From contig JANLWX010000034.1 of NCBI GenBank assembly GCA_031364845.1, forward strand, positions 1-40,921: DNA of 40,921 nt, written 5' to 3'. Below are positions 40,746 to 40,921 of the stretch, one piece after another. The DNA comes from Candidatus Eiseniibacteriota bacterium. GTDB taxonomy: Bacteria > Eisenbacteria > RBG-16-71-46. The translations under genes were made by a program, and so were the position numbers. Under the pieces are notes generated by a model. That model worked only from the letters and a program-made list of their open reading frames with translations, did not search any database and was not told where the DNA came from. Each line of letters opens with the position of its first letter. The first letter of the stretch is position 1.

Positions 40746-40812
40746 GACTGGCGTCCGCTGTATCGGCGGCGGGGTTGCGGCTCTCGCGCGCAGAGTGCGG
40801 AGGCGGGCGGCT

Positions 40813-40921
40813 TCGAGCGGTGATCGCTCCGCGCCGCCCGCTGCGCGCGACCTCCTGTCGCGCTCCGCTCCCCCGACTCTGTCGGCAGCCATCCCTGGCT
40901 GCCTCTGTCGCGGGAGCGTCG
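40813..40921 (+). repeat. Multi-hairpin repeat, copy 2 (runs off the window edge)
   Basis: Near-identical to 40521..40629 at an offset of 292 bp. Confidence 0.9.

Noticed and set aside
40521..40921. CRISPR array
   Set aside because: Units are over 100 bp with no unique 30-40 bp spacers and no cas genes.

Overview
High-GC bacterial chromosomal segment. Its protein families (OmpA, TonB-dependent receptor, FlgD-Ig/T9SS-like and short C-terminal motifs) suggest a diderm of the FCB group, possibly a candidate phylum such as Ca. Eisenbacteria; this is inference only. From left to right: (1) a coupled four-gene cluster of secreted and lipoproteins that includes two tandem paralogues; (2) an orphan TonB-C protein; (3) a DUF1998 helicase - SAM methyltransferase - RNase_H_2 exonuclease operon (MrfAB-like); (4) a DUF885 gene; (5) beta-oxidation genes (acyl-CoA ligase, thiolase, FadJ/FadB); (6) an AT-richer islet with an McrA-type HNH fusion and a DUF3597 gene flanked by 24-bp direct repeats; (7) tRNA(CAU)-tilS-hpt-ftsH; (8) a TonB-dependent receptor plus a secreted protein; (9) dinB-family-folP-cdaA; (10) OmpA with TSP3 repeats; (11) a lipoprotein fusing a degenerate M61-like peptidase, a degenerate UshA-like domain and a tetraheme cytochrome c; (12) a rearranged pgaD-C-A-B (PNAG) operon with a frameshifted pgaB; (13) a duplicated multi-hairpin repeat at the right edge. 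The strongest novelty candidates are the triple-fusion cytochrome, the MrfA-MTase-MrfB operon, the HNH fusion and the paralogous CxxCP envelope pair. All family calls come from motif recognition; no searches were run.
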